Positions 62,935-64,000 of a stretch of 64,000 bases of DNA are shown in pieces; the stretch's first letter is position 1, and every line of letters begins with the position of its first letter. A model generated the notes under the pieces. The model saw only the letters and a list, made by a program, of their open reading frames with translations, was not told where the DNA came from and made no database searches. The stretch covers positions 334,233 through 398,232 of the forward strand of contig JAOAGL010000001.1 in NCBI GenBank assembly GCA_026415775.1. The letters run 5' to 3'. Both the position numbers and the translations under genes were made by a program. The stretch is from Patescibacteria group bacterium. Its GTDB lineage: Bacteria > Patescibacteriota > Minisyncoccia > UBA6257 > JAAZHW01.

Positions 62935-64000
62935 ATGTTTTTGGTGTCTGTAATTCCCATTACTTATCTTCCCCGCTCTCAAAATAAGCCTCTTTCTTAT
63001 TTTTCTTTAAAAAAACTCGCTCCCCTCAGTCTCGTGTTTGTCTCTTTTGGAAATCGTAAAACAGAGGCACTTGTTATAAAGTGTGAGGAAATTAAATCAA
63101 AAATTGCAATAAAAAAAGCCGAGTTTCAAATTAAACCCATTGAAAAAATTATAAATCCTAATCCGATTATTACTCCTCAACAGTGGGAGTTATTAAAAAT
63201 GGCTTCCATTTGGTACTATAACCCCCTTTCTTCTTTGCTAAAAAATATTATTTCACCTATTCAATTGTTTGAAAATTTATCAATCAAAACACAAGAAATA
63301 AAAATAAATAATGAAGTTTCTTCAAAGCCAAAAATTATTCTAACCGATGATTTTGATTATCTTAAAAATCGCGTAAAAGAAACTTTAAATAAATCGCAGC
63401 AAGTCCTTTTTTTATTTCCTAATCAAATAAAACTCGAATTTTATTATCAAAATTTTAGTGAATTTCATGATCAAATTTTTATTTTTGAGAAAAAAGGGTC
63501 AAAAAAATTTTTTAAAAATTATCAGAAAATTAATACTAATGAAATAAAAATAATCTTTGGAAAACAATCAGCTTTATTTGCTCCTTTTAATAATTTGGGC
63601 CTTATTATTATTGTTGATGAAGATAATGATGGATTCGAAACTTTTGAAACCAAAATTCATTATAATGTCAAAAAATTAGCATTATTTTTATCGGAAAAAT
63701 ATAATATTGAAATAATTTTAATAACTTCTATTTTAAGCCTCGAAGCTTTTTTAAATATTCAAAATAAAAAATATATAACCCCTCCCTCTTTTAAATTGCT
63801 AAATGACAAAATAAATCTGTCACATATTCAATTTCAGGATTTCCACGCTAAAAAAGATGGTGTAATTCATTCAGAAACAAAAAATACTATTGAAAGAATA
63901 TTAAAAAATAATGGAAAAATTTTAATTTACAATAATCGACGCGGCCACTCCCCTGCTTTGGTTTGTGAAGAGTGCGGTTTTATATTCCAATGTCCAAATT
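62935..64000 (+). CDS. priA: primosomal protein N' (partial; ATPase motifs degenerate)
   Basis: Open frame to window end; V.V.FG.R, G..SALFAP..NLGLII.VDE, NRRG....CEECG....CP. Confidence 0.9.
   Translation, partial: MFLVSVIPITYLPRSQNKPLSYFSLKKLAPLSLVFVSFGNRKTEALVIKCEEIKSKIAIKKAEFQIKPIEKIINPNPIITPQQWELLKMASIWYYNPLSSLLKNIISPIQLFENLSIKTQEIKINNEVSSKPKIILTDDFDYLKNRVKETLNKSQQVLFLFPNQIKLEFYYQNFSEFHDQIFIFEKKGSKKFFKNYQKINTNEIKIIFGKQSALFAPFNNLGLIIIVDEDNDGFETFETKIHYNVKKLALFLSEKYNIEIILITSILSLEAFLNIQNKKYITPPSFKLLNDKINLSHIQFQDFHAKKDGVIHSETKNTIERILKNNGKILIYNNRRGHSPALVCEECGFIFQCPN

Overview
AT-rich bacterial chromosome segment, most consistent with Patescibacteria/CPR (Parcubacteria-like): uL30 gene absent between rpsE and rplO, bL9 present, alpha2-type GlyRS, pilin-LamG genes, standard code with TGA as stop. 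It holds the end of the S10/spc operon, a 23S-5S unit with no adjacent 16S, tRNA-Ser(GCT), tRNA-Ile(GAT), cell-division, cell-wall, chaperone and pentose-phosphate genes, and a few accessory singletons. The best signals are non-coding. (1) A stand-alone ~80-nt small RNA behind tRNA-Ile has two single-stranded arms (11 and 12 nt) complementary to the two halves of the loop of a GC-rich hairpin RNA ~600 nt downstream, in the murB leader; this predicts an intermolecular four-way junction. (2) A leader-peptide/antiterminator/terminator arrangement lies between a consensus promoter and the unlinked 23S gene. (3) A (A/G)GTCG motif recurs 22-43 nt upstream of about 18 housekeeping start codons that lack Shine-Dalgarno sites, while clear AGGAGG sites were seen only on three accessory genes. 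Several apparent pseudo-enzymes and short 23S hairpin insertions are also noted. Everything was read by eye; no searches or folding programs were run.
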